From IMG/VR virus record IMGVR_UViG_3300042197_002234, positions 96,001 through 160,000 of that record: a stretch of 64,000 nucleotides of DNA. One strand, written 5' to 3'. The stretch is from a virus. The position numbers and the translations under genes are program-made. Of the stretch, positions 54,165 through 63,802 are shown piece by piece (positions within the stretch are counted from its first letter, which is position 1; each line of letters opens with the position of its first letter). Under the pieces are notes generated by a model that made no database searches, was not told the origin of the DNA, and saw only the letters and a list, made by a program, of their open reading frames with translations.

Positions 54165-54989
54165 TTAATCCACCTCAACCTCAACCATATTTAGTTCATA
54201 AGCCCTTGCAAGTCTTGTCATTCCAATACCCCCTCCGAATCTTGGGAAAAATTTGTGAGATAGAAATTCTTCTAATTCGGCTTCAACTCTTTCTTTACCG
54301 AATAACTCAAACAACTTGGCGGAATAACCACCATTTTCAATTGTATAGAACATATTTCTCATTTCTTCAACATCACAACTTCTTTCCGCACTACCAATGG
54401 TTTCTTGACCATATAAAATAACATCCACTTTGTTAAATACACCATTAGTTCCGTGTTTCATATTCCAAAATGGATTAGTTCTAAGTGGAAAGTGTTGTAA
54501 TGAGATTGATTCGCTAATCTCTTTCCACATTTTGGTTTCGTGTTCTGCTTCCAATATATCAGTACCATATTGAGAACACATTCCTTCATAAGCAACAGCC
54601 TTAGGACTTCTAAATCCTAAATAATTTAGTAAATCCTCTTCAAGTTTTATCATTTCAGATATGGTACCCTTGGATTCGAACTCAAACATTGGAAAAATTA
54701 ATTCGTGTCTACCAGGTATTGGATTTTTTTCTTCTCTATATGAAGTTGATATACAAAAAACTCCATTCCATTCAGGGTTTTTAAGTAATTCATATTCTAA
54801 CCACATCTGACCTGTCTGTGGTAATGGCCATATTAAACCACCATACTCAAAAGTTTTAACCGAGTGAGGGTTTTCACATGCTGCTAAAATTGATAATCTG
54901 GATTGTGTTGGAACTTCAACAAATCCTCTCTTTAAGAAGAATTCTCTCATCTTCTGCACAAGTTCATTGTAAATTTTTGTGTTTTTCAT
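54165..54989 (-). CDS. Stand-alone class IIb aminoacyl-tRNA synthetase catalytic domain (AspRS/AsnRS-like, no anticodon-binding domain)
   Basis: Motif 1 FVEVPT, motif 2 SYREE..RH..FPMFEFE, ETIGSAER, motif 3 GGGIGMTRL. Confidence 0.8.
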   Translation of the reverse strand: MKNTKIYNELVQKMREFFLKRGFVEVPTQSRLSILAACENPHSVKTFEYGGLIWPLPQTGQMWLEYELLKNPEWNGVFCISTSYREEKNPIPGRHELIFPMFEFESKGTISEMIKLEEDLLNYLGFRSPKAVAYEGMCSQYGTDILEAEHETKMWKEISESISLQHFPLRTNPFWNMKHGTNGVFNKVDVILYGQETIGSAERSCDVEEMRNMFYTIENGGYSAKLFELFGKERVEAELEEFLSHKFFPRFGGGIGMTRLARAYELNMVEVEVD

Positions 54990-55175
54990 TTTAATTTAAT
55001 TTATGGTTTATGTTTATTTTTGTTTGGGCAAAAAAAATCCCCTCAATAGAGGGGACTAATAATGGTAATGATTTATTAAAATTTTTATATTTTCGTAAGT
55101 CGCTCAGTATTTTTACCATCAGAATATAAATATGATAAAAGTTTGTAAAATGTAAATTGTTTTGTATTTATTGTT

Positions 55176-56222
55176 ATGAAACTTGTAATAACCGAAAGTA
55201 AACTAAATTACATATTGGAAAGGTTAGGGGTTGCAGAACCAACACTACCATATGTTAATTTAGTGTATGAAATTTTAGAAGATAAAATTCACAAGTTATT
55301 AGAAGAAAAACCAAAAAATTATGTTGAAGAAGTAAAAATAGGTCACGATTATATAAAAGACATTTACACCAATTATTTTGATGAATTTGAGGAATTACCT
55401 ATCGAAAGCATGTCAATAGATTTATATTTCAAAATTGTTAAGGAAGTTGAGTCTAATAATTTTGCAACTGGCGGCGCCGCTTATCAGATTGAAAAAAAGA
55501 AAAAAGGTGGTTCTTATATTAAAAGAAAAAATATATTACTACCTAAAAAAATTTTAAAAGAGATTGATGATTGTGTTGTTGTTAAAATGGATATCGAAAT
55601 TTACATAACAAAAAAATTCGATTCATCATCAACTGACGAATTGTTGTATGACTTAAGAGATACTATACTACATGAGTTTAATCATATTTATGAGTTTTAT
55701 AAAAGAAGTCAGTCCGACAAAAGTTTAGTAGATACTAGTTTAGGTTTATCAGGTGGTAAAAATTATAATGTACCTAAAAGTATTTTTAATGTTTGGAATG
55801 ATTTTATCTATTTTGTTTACTACTCTCAACCCCATGAAATAAACGCTAAAACTCAAGAAGCATATAGTAAGAGACTCAGAATGAGTTTTGATGATTTCAA
55901 AAACACTTACTATTGGAAAACAGCTAAAGGGATGGAGGAATTTGATTCAAGTGTGTTTTATAATAAATTAGTAGATACCATAAAATCACATAATCCTGAA
56001 TATGTTGAGTCTGTTTTAAATAGACTTTATTCGTGGTTTATGAGAGATTATAAAGAAGTATTAAACTACTTCGATAATGAACCAATAAGTTTAGTTAAGA
56101 AATCTAAAAACTTGGAAAGTTTAATACGTAATTTTGAACCTAAAATTAAAAATGCGGGTAAAAAATTACAAAGAAATTATATAAGATTGTACAGTTTGTC
56201 ACCTGAAGAAAATAATTTATGA
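55176..56222 (+). CDS. Hypothetical protein with a zincin-like HExxH
   Basis: ILHEFNHIYE..HEINA; N-terminal LVITES. Confidence 0.65.
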   Translation: MKLVITESKLNYILERLGVAEPTLPYVNLVYEILEDKIHKLLEEKPKNYVEEVKIGHDYIKDIYTNYFDEFEELPIESMSIDLYFKIVKEVESNNFATGGAAYQIEKKKKGGSYIKRKNILLPKKILKEIDDCVVVKMDIEIYITKKFDSSSTDELLYDLRDTILHEFNHIYEFYKRSQSDKSLVDTSLGLSGGKNYNVPKSIFNVWNDFIYFVYYSQPHEINAKTQEAYSKRLRMSFDDFKNTYYWKTAKGMEEFDSSVFYNKLVDTIKSHNPEYVESVLNRLYSWFMRDYKEVLNYFDNEPISLVKKSKNLESLIRNFEPKIKNAGKKLQRNYIRLYSLSPEENNL

Positions 56223-56308
56223 CAATTTGTCAGTAATTTTCTGTTGGCATAGTTTTTTATATTGATTTGCGAAAAAAAATAAACTAAATTTCGTAAAAAA
56301 AGAAAACT

Positions 56309-56776
56309 ATGGATTTATTCAGGTATTTTAGAAACAACAAAAGCTTAGATGAGCTAATTAAAGACTTAAACAAAAATTTAAAAGATTTTGGGTTTGAACC
56401 TTATTCAACAAATTTTAACACATCGGAAGAATCGGGATTTGATGATAACGGTGAATGGACTAAATCAACATTCAAATCAGACGATGGTAAAATAATGATG
56501 GTTACCGTAACACGTAATTACAATTTTAACGATGAGTCAACTAACGATGAAATAAATTCATCAGACATTAAATTTTTGGAAAGTGAGCTATCTAAAGCCG
56601 TAGACTCTCAGAACTTTGAAATGGCGGTTAAATTAAGAGACAAAATTAAACATTTAAAATCTAATGAAAAGGTTTTAAAACAGTTTGAAAAAGAATTGGA
56701 GTTGGCAATTAAAGAACAAAATTTTGAAAAGTGTATTGACCTTAGGGATAAAATTAAAAGTATAAAGACAAAATAA
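56309..56776 (+). CDS. Tandem UVR (UvrB/C-motif) protein, McsA-like candidate ClpC adaptor
   Basis: [18 protein letters not shown] and [18 protein letters not shown]. Confidence 0.75.
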   Translation: MDLFRYFRNNKSLDELIKDLNKNLKDFGFEPYSTNFNTSEESGFDDNGEWTKSTFKSDDGKIMMVTVTRNYNFNDESTNDEINSSDIKFLESELSKAVDSQNFEMAVKLRDKIKHLKSNEKVLKQFEKELELAIKEQNFEKCIDLRDKIKSIKTK

Positions 56777-56777
56777 T

Positions 56778-58634
56778 ATGGGAAAAATAATAGGAATTGA
56801 TTTAGGAACAACTAACTCTTGTGTTGCGGTAATTGAAGGTAAAGAACCTGTGGTTATTGCAAACAGTGAAGGTAAAAGAACCACACCTTCAATTGTAGGA
56901 TTTGTAGGTTCGGGAGAAAGAAAGATTGGTGACCCAGCTAAAAGACAAGCGATTACCAACCCTGATAAAACAATTTATTCAATCAAAAGATTCATGGGTA
57001 CTAACTATAACGAATCCAAATCTGAGATTGGTAAAGTAACTTATAAAGTGGTTAATGAAAAAAATAGTCCTCGAGTTAAAATTGATGATAGAAATTATTC
57101 TCCTCAAGAAATTTCAGCAGCTATTCTTCAAAAAATGAAACAAACCGCTGAAGATTATTTGGGTGAAAGTGTTACTGAGGCGGTTATTACGGTTCCCGCA
57201 TATTTTAACGACGCTCAAAGACAAGCAACCAAAGAGGCGGGTGAAATTGCTGGTTTAAATGTTCGTAGAATTATCAATGAACCAACCGCAGCGGCTTTAG
57301 CATACGGTTTAGATAAGAAATCAACAGACATGAAAATTGTTGTTTTTGACTGTGGTGGTGGTACTCATGATGTTTCAGTTCTTGAATTAGGTGATGGTGT
57401 ATTTGAAGTTTTATCAACAGATGGTGATACTAATTTAGGTGGTGATGACTTTGATAGAGTTTTAGTTGAGTATTTAGCAGAACAATTCAAAAAAGAACAC
57501 GGTATGGATATTTTGAAGGACACTATGGCGTTGCAACGTCTTAGAGAAGCGGCGGAAAAAGCTAAGATTGAATTGTCATCTTCGTCTCAAACCGAAGTTA
57601 ACTTACCTTATATCACCGCAGATTCTTCAGGTCCTAAACACTTACTTACAACAATAAACAGGGCTAAGTTTGAACAGTTAACTCAGTCTTTGGTTGAAAG
57701 AACCATTAAACCTTGTGAATCGGCTTTGAAAAATGCAGGTTTAAAACCGAGTGACATTGATGAGATTATTTTAGTGGGAGGTTCCACACGTATTCCAGCT
57801 ATTCAAGACGCGGTTAAAAAGTTTTTTGGTAAAGAACCTTCAAAAGGTGTCAATCCTGATGAAGTTGTTGCTTTAGGAGCGGCAATTCAAGGAGGTGTTT
57901 TAGCAGGAGATGTTAATGATGTTTTATTATTAGATGTAACACCATTGTCTTTGGGTATTGAAACTATGGGGGGTGTGTTTACTAAACTAATTGAATCTAA
58001 CACAACTATTCCAACAAAAAAATCCGAAACATTTTCAACAGCTGTTGACAATCAACCTTCAGTAGAAATTCATGTACTTCAAGGAGAAAGAGCAATGGCT
58101 AAAGATAATAGAACTATTGGTAGATTTCATTTAGACGGATTACCACCATCTATGAGAGGTGTTCCAAAAATTGAAGTAACTTTTGATATTGACGCTAATG
58201 GGATAATTAATGTATCGGCAATTGATAAAGCAACTAACAAACAACAATCAATTAGAATTGAGTCTTCTTCGGGTTTGTCCAAAGAAGAAATTGAAAAAAT
58301 GAAATTGGAAGCTGAACAAAATGCCGAATCTGATAAAAAAATGAAAGATGATGCCGATACTCTAAATTCCGCAGATTCTTTAATATTCCAAATTAACAAA
58401 TCAATGTCTGATTTTGGTGATAAATTAACTGAAGAACAAAAAATAGATATTGATACAACAATGAATAAACTTAAAGAAGCTCATTCTCAGAGAAATGTTT
58501 CCGAGGTTAAAACTTTAATGGAAGAAGTTAACACAAAATTCCAAAAAATAAGTCAGGAATTGTACAATTCAACAACAGAAACGAATGAATCTGGTTTTGA
58601 CGCATCAGATGTCGAATTTGAGGAAATGAAATAA
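56778..58634 (+). CDS. dnaK: Hsp70 chaperone DnaK
   Basis: [41 protein letters not shown]. Confidence 0.97.
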   Translation: MGKIIGIDLGTTNSCVAVIEGKEPVVIANSEGKRTTPSIVGFVGSGERKIGDPAKRQAITNPDKTIYSIKRFMGTNYNESKSEIGKVTYKVVNEKNSPRVKIDDRNYSPQEISAAILQKMKQTAEDYLGESVTEAVITVPAYFNDAQRQATKEAGEIAGLNVRRIINEPTAAALAYGLDKKSTDMKIVVFDCGGGTHDVSVLELGDGVFEVLSTDGDTNLGGDDFDRVLVEYLAEQFKKEHGMDILKDTMALQRLREAAEKAKIELSSSSQTEVNLPYITADSSGPKHLLTTINRAKFEQLTQSLVERTIKPCESALKNAGLKPSDIDEIILVGGSTRIPAIQDAVKKFFGKEPSKGVNPDEVVALGAAIQGGVLAGDVNDVLLLDVTPLSLGIETMGGVFTKLIESNTTIPTKKSETFSTAVDNQPSVEIHVLQGERAMAKDNRTIGRFHLDGLPPSMRGVPKIEVTFDIDANGIINVSAIDKATNKQQSIRIESSSGLSKEEIEKMKLEAEQNAESDKKMKDDADTLNSADSLIFQINKSMSDFGDKLTEEQKIDIDTTMNKLKEAHSQRNVSEVKTLMEEVNTKFQKISQELYNSTTETNESGFDASDVEFEEMK

Positions 58635-58699
58635 CAGTTTTTATTCTAAAAAATTAAATCCCGATTTATATATCGGGATTTTTTATTTATATTTGCATT

Positions 58700-59287
58700 A
58701 TGAAAGTTATTTTTTTAGACAATGATGGGGTAATCTGTTTATCTGATAATTGGGGAGGTAGGTTTAAAAAACAAAAGAAGTGGGGTGGACGAAAATTATC
58801 AATGACTAATAAAGAAATTCCTGTAGAATATAGATTTGATAACTTTAACAAAAAAGCGGTTAAAGTTCTTAATGAAATCTTAGAAGAAACAGGTGCTGAA
58901 ATCGTAGTGTCTTCTGATTGGAAGCATCACTCCACTTTGGAAGAATTGGGGGAATATTACCTTTCTCAAGGAATTATTAAGAAACCTATTGCGGTAACAC
59001 CTAATTTAGGTCAATGTACTTGGTATAAAGACTGGGTATGGTCAAGGGATTGGGGTTTAGAAATGACTCGTGTTATCGAAATTAAACAGTACTTAAATGA
59101 CCATCCTGAAATAACTAATTGGGTCGCCATTGATGATTTAAATATGGGTAAAACTGGTATGTACTACGGTATGTCATTTGAGCACGATTGGGCTTTAGAT
59201 AATTTTGTATACACACCTTTGGCTAAAGAAGGTATTAAACAAAGTGGTGTAAAAGATAAAATTTTAAAATTTCTTATAAATGATTAA
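58700..59287 (+). CDS. HAD phosphatase of the Swiss-Army-knife RNA-repair type
   Basis: IFLDNDGV, IVVSSDW, WVAIDD. Confidence 0.8.
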   Translation: MKVIFLDNDGVICLSDNWGGRFKKQKKWGGRKLSMTNKEIPVEYRFDNFNKKAVKVLNEILEETGAEIVVSSDWKHHSTLEELGEYYLSQGIIKKPIAVTPNLGQCTWYKDWVWSRDWGLEMTRVIEIKQYLNDHPEITNWVAIDDLNMGKTGMYYGMSFEHDWALDNFVYTPLAKEGIKQSGVKDKILKFLIND

Positions 59288-60284
59288 TTACGCGGATGTG
59301 ATTGTAGACCTACAAGCTGGGGATACAGGTAAAGGTAAAGTTGCCCACTCTTTATTAAAAAGTGGTGAATATACTCATGTTGTTAGGTATAATGGTGGTG
59401 GAAATGCGGGACATACAATATACCATAATGGTAAAAAAATTGTAACTCATTTTATACCTTGTGGTGTTCTTTACGGTATTAAATCAATCATTGGTCCAGG
59501 ATGTGTAGTTAATATTGATAAGTTGGTTAATGAAATTAATGAATTAAAAAACGAAGGTATTGAGATTTATGGTAAGTTGTTCATTGACAAACGAGTTCAC
59601 ATTATAACTGACAAACACGTTGAAGAAGATTCTAAAGACACTGAAATTGGTACGACTAAAACGGGGAATGGACCTTGTTATCGAGACAAGTATTACCGTA
59701 AAGGTTTACAAGCCAAAGACATTTCTTTTTTATCCCCAATGATGATTGATGTTTACGAAGAGTTTCATATGTCACAAAAAGTATCTATTTTGTTTGAAGG
59801 TGCTCAGGGGTTTGAATTGGATATTGATTGGGGTGATTATCCATATGTAACTAGTTCTCATTGTACTATTGGTTCCGCAATACTTAACGGTGTTCCACCA
59901 CAAAAAATTAAAAATGTGTTTGGAGTTGCAAAAGCTTATAGGACTTACGTAGGTGCAAAAAATTTTGAGGGTGATTCCGAATATTTCCAAAAAATTCGTG
60001 AAGTTGGTAATGAGTTTGGTGCAACAACTGGTCGTCCAAGACAAATCAACTGGATTGATTTGAATGATTTAATAAAATCTATTCAAATTAACGGGGTTAA
60101 TAAATTAATTATCAATAAAATTGATGTTCTTGAAAGTATTAATATTTTCAAAACAATTTACAATGGTTTGGAATTGTCACATGATAATAGAAAACACATG
60201 GAAGAGTTTATCGAAGACGCGATTTATACGTCCTGTCCTAGTGTAGAAAGTATTATATTCTCAACCACACCATTCGATATTTAA
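59280..60284 (+). CDS. purA: Adenylosuccinate synthetase
   Basis: GDTGKGK, NGGGNAGHT, EGAQG, YPYVTSS, E.GATTGRPR. Confidence 0.93.
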   Translation: MINYADVIVDLQAGDTGKGKVAHSLLKSGEYTHVVRYNGGGNAGHTIYHNGKKIVTHFIPCGVLYGIKSIIGPGCVVNIDKLVNEINELKNEGIEIYGKLFIDKRVHIITDKHVEEDSKDTEIGTTKTGNGPCYRDKYYRKGLQAKDISFLSPMMIDVYEEFHMSQKVSILFEGAQGFELDIDWGDYPYVTSSHCTIGSAILNGVPPQKIKNVFGVAKAYRTYVGAKNFEGDSEYFQKIREVGNEFGATTGRPRQINWIDLNDLIKSIQINGVNKLIINKIDVLESINIFKTIYNGLELSHDNRKHMEEFIEDAIYTSCPSVESIIFSTTPFDI

Positions 60285-60353
60285 TTGTCATAAAATTGTC
60301 ATATTTTAAACCTCTCATTTTTTTGAGAGGTTTTTTTGTTTATAATTGTGGGT

Positions 60354-60749
60354 ATGAAAAATTTATTAATTCTATTATTATTTTTGACCCCTGTTATAGG
60401 TAAAAGTCAGTATGTTAAAATACCAACAAATTATGACGCAAAAAAAACTGCCGAACATATTATGATGGGACATATTAAAATGTTTCTGAATGACTCTATA
60501 ACTGAAGTGGTAGTTGAAAAAAATAATGGTAGATGGGTAACGTCATATCTAAACAAATCTCAGGTTGAAAAAATTGTTTGGAAAACACTTAAAAAGGGTA
60601 AGTCACATTTTACAGGTAAAACAAATGGGGGTTACAGATTTTACATAACAATTGAAGATGTAAACGATGACACTAAAATTTTAAATTCCTTAGATATTAC
60701 TATGGATTCATTTACCCAACAGATAAAATCAATTGAAATAAAAAATTAA
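60354..60749 (+). CDS. Secreted hypothetical protein
   Basis: Signal peptide MKNLLILLLFLTPVIGKSQ. Confidence 0.65.
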   Translation: MKNLLILLLFLTPVIGKSQYVKIPTNYDAKKTAEHIMMGHIKMFLNDSITEVVVEKNNGRWVTSYLNKSQVEKIVWKTLKKGKSHFTGKTNGGYRFYITIEDVNDDTKILNSLDITMDSFTQQIKSIEIKN

Positions 60750-60753
60750 TAAT

Positions 60754-61578
60754 ATGAAAAAACTACTATCTATTTTAATGGTGTTGTTCACAGCCTTAAA
60801 TGTGACAGCAAAATGCGATTTTTCAAAAATAAAATTGCAACGATGGAATCAAGGAATTTATTACAAGTGGTATCTATCTGGTTGGGAAAGAGACACTTGT
60901 AAAGGTTTTATGTTTACCGTTTATGACTTTCAGAAGAAAAAAACAGACACTGTTGTTGACACTCGAGGAATTCTTGAGGTAGGATTTAATGCTCCTGGAA
61001 AGTATAAACTTATTGTTAAACTTTGGGACAAATGTAATAAGTGTGATACTGTATTGTATGATTATGTAGACATTATTGCTTGGAAACCTACTGCTGGTTT
61101 AAAATGGATAAAGAAAACTTGTGATAGTGCTTGGTTTGAGTTGAATTCTTTTAATATGAAGGATACTTGTTGGGACTATTATTTTTGGATTTATAACGGT
61201 CCTGAATTGGAAAAACTATCTGACAAGGATTTCTTGGGTATGAGTGATTATCAACTTTACAACTATTATAGCTTTTCAGATGATGATATTAAGTTGTTTA
61301 AAAATGAACGATTGATTAAATTTAAATTCCCTAAAAAAGGTAAATATCTAATTGTGGGTTATTATTATAATAAATGTTTGGGTCAAGACACAATGTTTTT
61401 TAATCGTCAAATTATAGATTGTAATACCACGTCTGTAAATGTTTATAATAAACCCGAACCAAAACTCATTGGAATATATGATATGATGGGTAGGTCTGTA
61501 TACAATATTCGAGAAAACGAAATATTAATATACGTCTACGATGATGGGTCTAAGATAAAAAAACAAGTAATTAAGTAA
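60754..61578 (+). CDS. Secreted PKD-like protein with a T9SS-type C-terminal domain
   Basis: Signal peptide; two F.APGKY/FPKKGKY PKD-like repeats; C-terminal IYDMMGRSV...DDGS..K.VIK. Confidence 0.6.
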   Translation: MKKLLSILMVLFTALNVTAKCDFSKIKLQRWNQGIYYKWYLSGWERDTCKGFMFTVYDFQKKKTDTVVDTRGILEVGFNAPGKYKLIVKLWDKCNKCDTVLYDYVDIIAWKPTAGLKWIKKTCDSAWFELNSFNMKDTCWDYYFWIYNGPELEKLSDKDFLGMSDYQLYNYYSFSDDDIKLFKNERLIKFKFPKKGKYLIVGYYYNKCLGQDTMFFNRQIIDCNTTSVNVYNKPEPKLIGIYDMMGRSVYNIRENEILIYVYDDGSKIKKQVIK

Positions 61579-61608
61579 TAAAAAACCCCTTAGTTGGGGG
61601 TTTTTATT

Positions 61609-61851
61609 TTATTCCTCAGAATTATCTTCCTTAAAAAAGTTAGTTAAGAATTTACCTACAACACCTGAGACTATAGATGTAATTATTAATAATTTTAATT
61701 CTGAAGGTGTGAAAATATCTTTTAAATTATCGAATTGCCACAACCCACCTATCGCCAATACAGAAGCAACCGCCAATAAAGAGTCTCCGACTTTTCTCCA
61801 TTTTTTTGGGGTTGGTTTCCAATAATTTTTAAGTTCAGGTTTTTTAATCAT
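61609..61851 (-). CDS. Two-TM small membrane protein (holin-like)
   Basis: YWKPTPKKWRKVGD plus two hydrophobic helices. Confidence 0.55.
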   Translation of the reverse strand: MIKKPELKNYWKPTPKKWRKVGDSLLAVASVLAIGGLWQFDNLKDIFTPSELKLLIITSIVSGVVGKFLTNFFKEDNSEE

Positions 61852-61879
61852 ATATCTATAAATATTTGAAAAATCCTAT

Positions 61880-62008
61880 TTATCTACCTTGACCTTTATA
61901 TTTCTTTGGTTTTGCCTCTTTTGGGCCGAACTTCTTTTTTGCTTTACCAACACTCTTTTTACCAAAAGACTGTTTCATTGAGTTTGATGTTGATTTTCCT
62001 TTAGTCAT
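61880..62008 (-). CDS. 42-aa basic protein ending in KYKGQGR (not in the ORF track)
   Basis: MTKGKSTSNSMKQSFGKKSVGKAKKKFGPKEAKPKKYKGQGR*; TATTTAT at 62042-62048. Confidence 0.7.
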   Translation of the reverse strand: MTKGKSTSNSMKQSFGKKSVGKAKKKFGPKEAKPKKYKGQGR

Positions 62009-62192
62009 TTCACTTATTATAAAATTTTTGTTTATATATCAATAAATATCAAAAATTTTAAACAAAAAAAGGGAGTAAAAACTCCCCTTTTTTGTTATAT
62101 ATATAAAGGCCCTCAAGATGAGAGTGATAGTAATAATAAATATACCTAAACCTAAAAAAGTTTTATTTTAAATATATTCAGAAGTATTTTTT

Positions 62193-62411
62193 TTACTTTT
62201 TAAATTTAGAAAACATTCCGTTCATTTCTTTAAATAAATCATCCATACTTTTAAGTGATGACATATCCATTTTTTTTGGGGTACCAATAGTTTGAATTTT
62301 TTCAATCATATCAAACAATTTTTTACCATAATTTTTCCACCAAAAATAAATACCAACTGAAATTAGAACTAAAACAATTACTAAAATAGTTAACACAATT
62401 TCTAAAAACAT
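62193..62411 (-). CDS. Small membrane protein
   Basis: N-terminal TM helix. Confidence 0.6.
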   Translation of the reverse strand: MFLEIVLTILVIVLVLISVGIYFWWKNYGKKLFDMIEKIQTIGTPKKMDMSSLKSMDDLFKEMNGMFSKFKK

Positions 62412-62493
62412 AATTTTTTTTTCTAATTATAAGGTATTAACGGTGTTAAGTCAAATAAATTGATTATTGTTTTATTTAAACTATATTTAAGTT

Positions 62494-62763
62494 ATGAAGC
62501 GTTGTATAGAAGTTCTACTTAATAAGGTCTTCAAATCTGACTTGGAACTACTATTTGGTATTGGTAGTTACGTTATCATAAATTACTGTAAATACAGTAC
62601 AAATAATTTGAGTTTTGTAATTGACTGTAAAGTAATGGTATCCGATGTTGAGTTAACAAAAGAGGTGTATCCTGACGGATTAATCTTATTAGTTGAGGAA
62701 TCTTGGAAATTTATAGGTTTTAATGAAAAAATATCTGTAGTAACATCAATAGACATTACCTGA
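62494..62763 (+). CDS. Hypothetical protein
   Basis: 89 aa ORF. Confidence 0.6.
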   Translation: MKRCIEVLLNKVFKSDLELLFGIGSYVIINYCKYSTNNLSFVIDCKVMVSDVELTKEVYPDGLILLVEESWKFIGFNEKISVVTSIDIT

Positions 62764-62937
62764 AACCCCTATTAATCCGTTTTTGATATACTCATAATAG
62801 ACTTCTTCAATAACCAAAATACTATTGTTATTTGTCGTATTTTTTAATCTAACACAAACCTCATCACGAAAAGTATCAATAACACCATGCTGATGAGCGG
62901 TCCAATAAATTTCTTCAATTAGTTCTTCGTTTGTCAT
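62746..62937 (-). CDS. Hypothetical protein
   Basis: 63 aa, TATTTAT at 62962-62968. Confidence 0.55.
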   Translation of the reverse strand: MTNEELIEEIYWTAHQHGVIDTFRDEVCVRLKNTTNNNSILVIEEVYYEYIKNGLIGVSGNVY

Positions 62938-63044
62938 TTTAATAAGATTTGTTATGTCTATATAAATATAGTAATAAGGGAATATTAAATCAAATAAAGG
63001 TTGATTATTAAATAAAAAAGGTCTAAACTTATAAAAAAAATATT

Positions 63045-63470
63045 ATGAGACAAATTAAAATCGGTGATACTGTAAAGGTACACTACACAGGAAAACTTGA
63101 GGATGGTACAGTTTTTGATTCCTCATTAGTAGAAGGTCGAGAGCCGTTAGAAACAGTATTGGGTAACAATATGTTGATTAAAGGTTTTGAAAACGGTCTG
63201 ATTGGATTATCCGAAGGTGATAAAAAAACTTTGGAAATCGAACCATCAGAAGGGTATGGCGAATACCAAGAAGAGATGGTAAACGAAATACCTAAAGGTA
63301 ATGTCCCTGAAAATGTTAAAGCGGGAGAAATGTTACAAGGTATGAGTCAAATGGGGCCTATCAATGTTAAAGTCATTGAAGTTAAAGATGAAACTGTTGT
63401 TATTGATGCCAATCACCCTTTGGCTGGTAAAAAATTGGTTTTTGATATTGAAGTTGTAAACATAAAATAA
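63045..63470 (+). CDS. FKBP-type peptidyl-prolyl isomerase (SlyD/FkpB-like, no His-rich tail)
   Basis: VKVHYTGKLEDGTVFDSS, IKGFE.GL, VIDANHPLAGK.L.FDIEV. Confidence 0.92.
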   Translation: MRQIKIGDTVKVHYTGKLEDGTVFDSSLVEGREPLETVLGNNMLIKGFENGLIGLSEGDKKTLEIEPSEGYGEYQEEMVNEIPKGNVPENVKAGEMLQGMSQMGPINVKVIEVKDETVVIDANHPLAGKKLVFDIEVVNIK

Positions 63471-63476
63471 TTTAAC

Positions 63477-63800
63477 ATGACAAGTATTTTAAATAAAATC
63501 TCAGAAAAACTAAAACAATTATTTAAAACAACATTCATTTATGTTGTAATTTTAATATCATCATCAGCTTCATTTTTTGTTGGCATGTATTACCAAAAAA
63601 TTAACACTAAAACTAAAAAACATGAAGTAACCAAAATATTAAAACATGAAGTTGTTTTAGCTGTTGATGAAAATAATAGTCTGATTATCATCCAAAAATC
63701 CACAGGAGATTATACAATATTTCAGGATTCAATCGGGAAACACATTTTTAATATGTACGCAAATAGCGTTTGGAATCAAAACACACAAAAAACTCAATAA
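63477..63800 (+). CDS. Membrane-anchored hypothetical protein
   Basis: TM helix near residues 20-40. Confidence 0.65.
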   Translation: MTSILNKISEKLKQLFKTTFIYVVILISSSASFFVGMYYQKINTKTKKHEVTKILKHEVVLAVDENNSLIIIQKSTGDYTIFQDSIGKHIFNMYANSVWNQNTQKTQ

Positions 63801-63802
63801 TT

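Noticed and set aside
53953-54989. EpmA/EF-P-like modification pair
   Set aside because: The adjacent small ORF has no EF-P PGKG loop or fold, and the aaRS-like protein looks closer to Asp/Asn-type motifs
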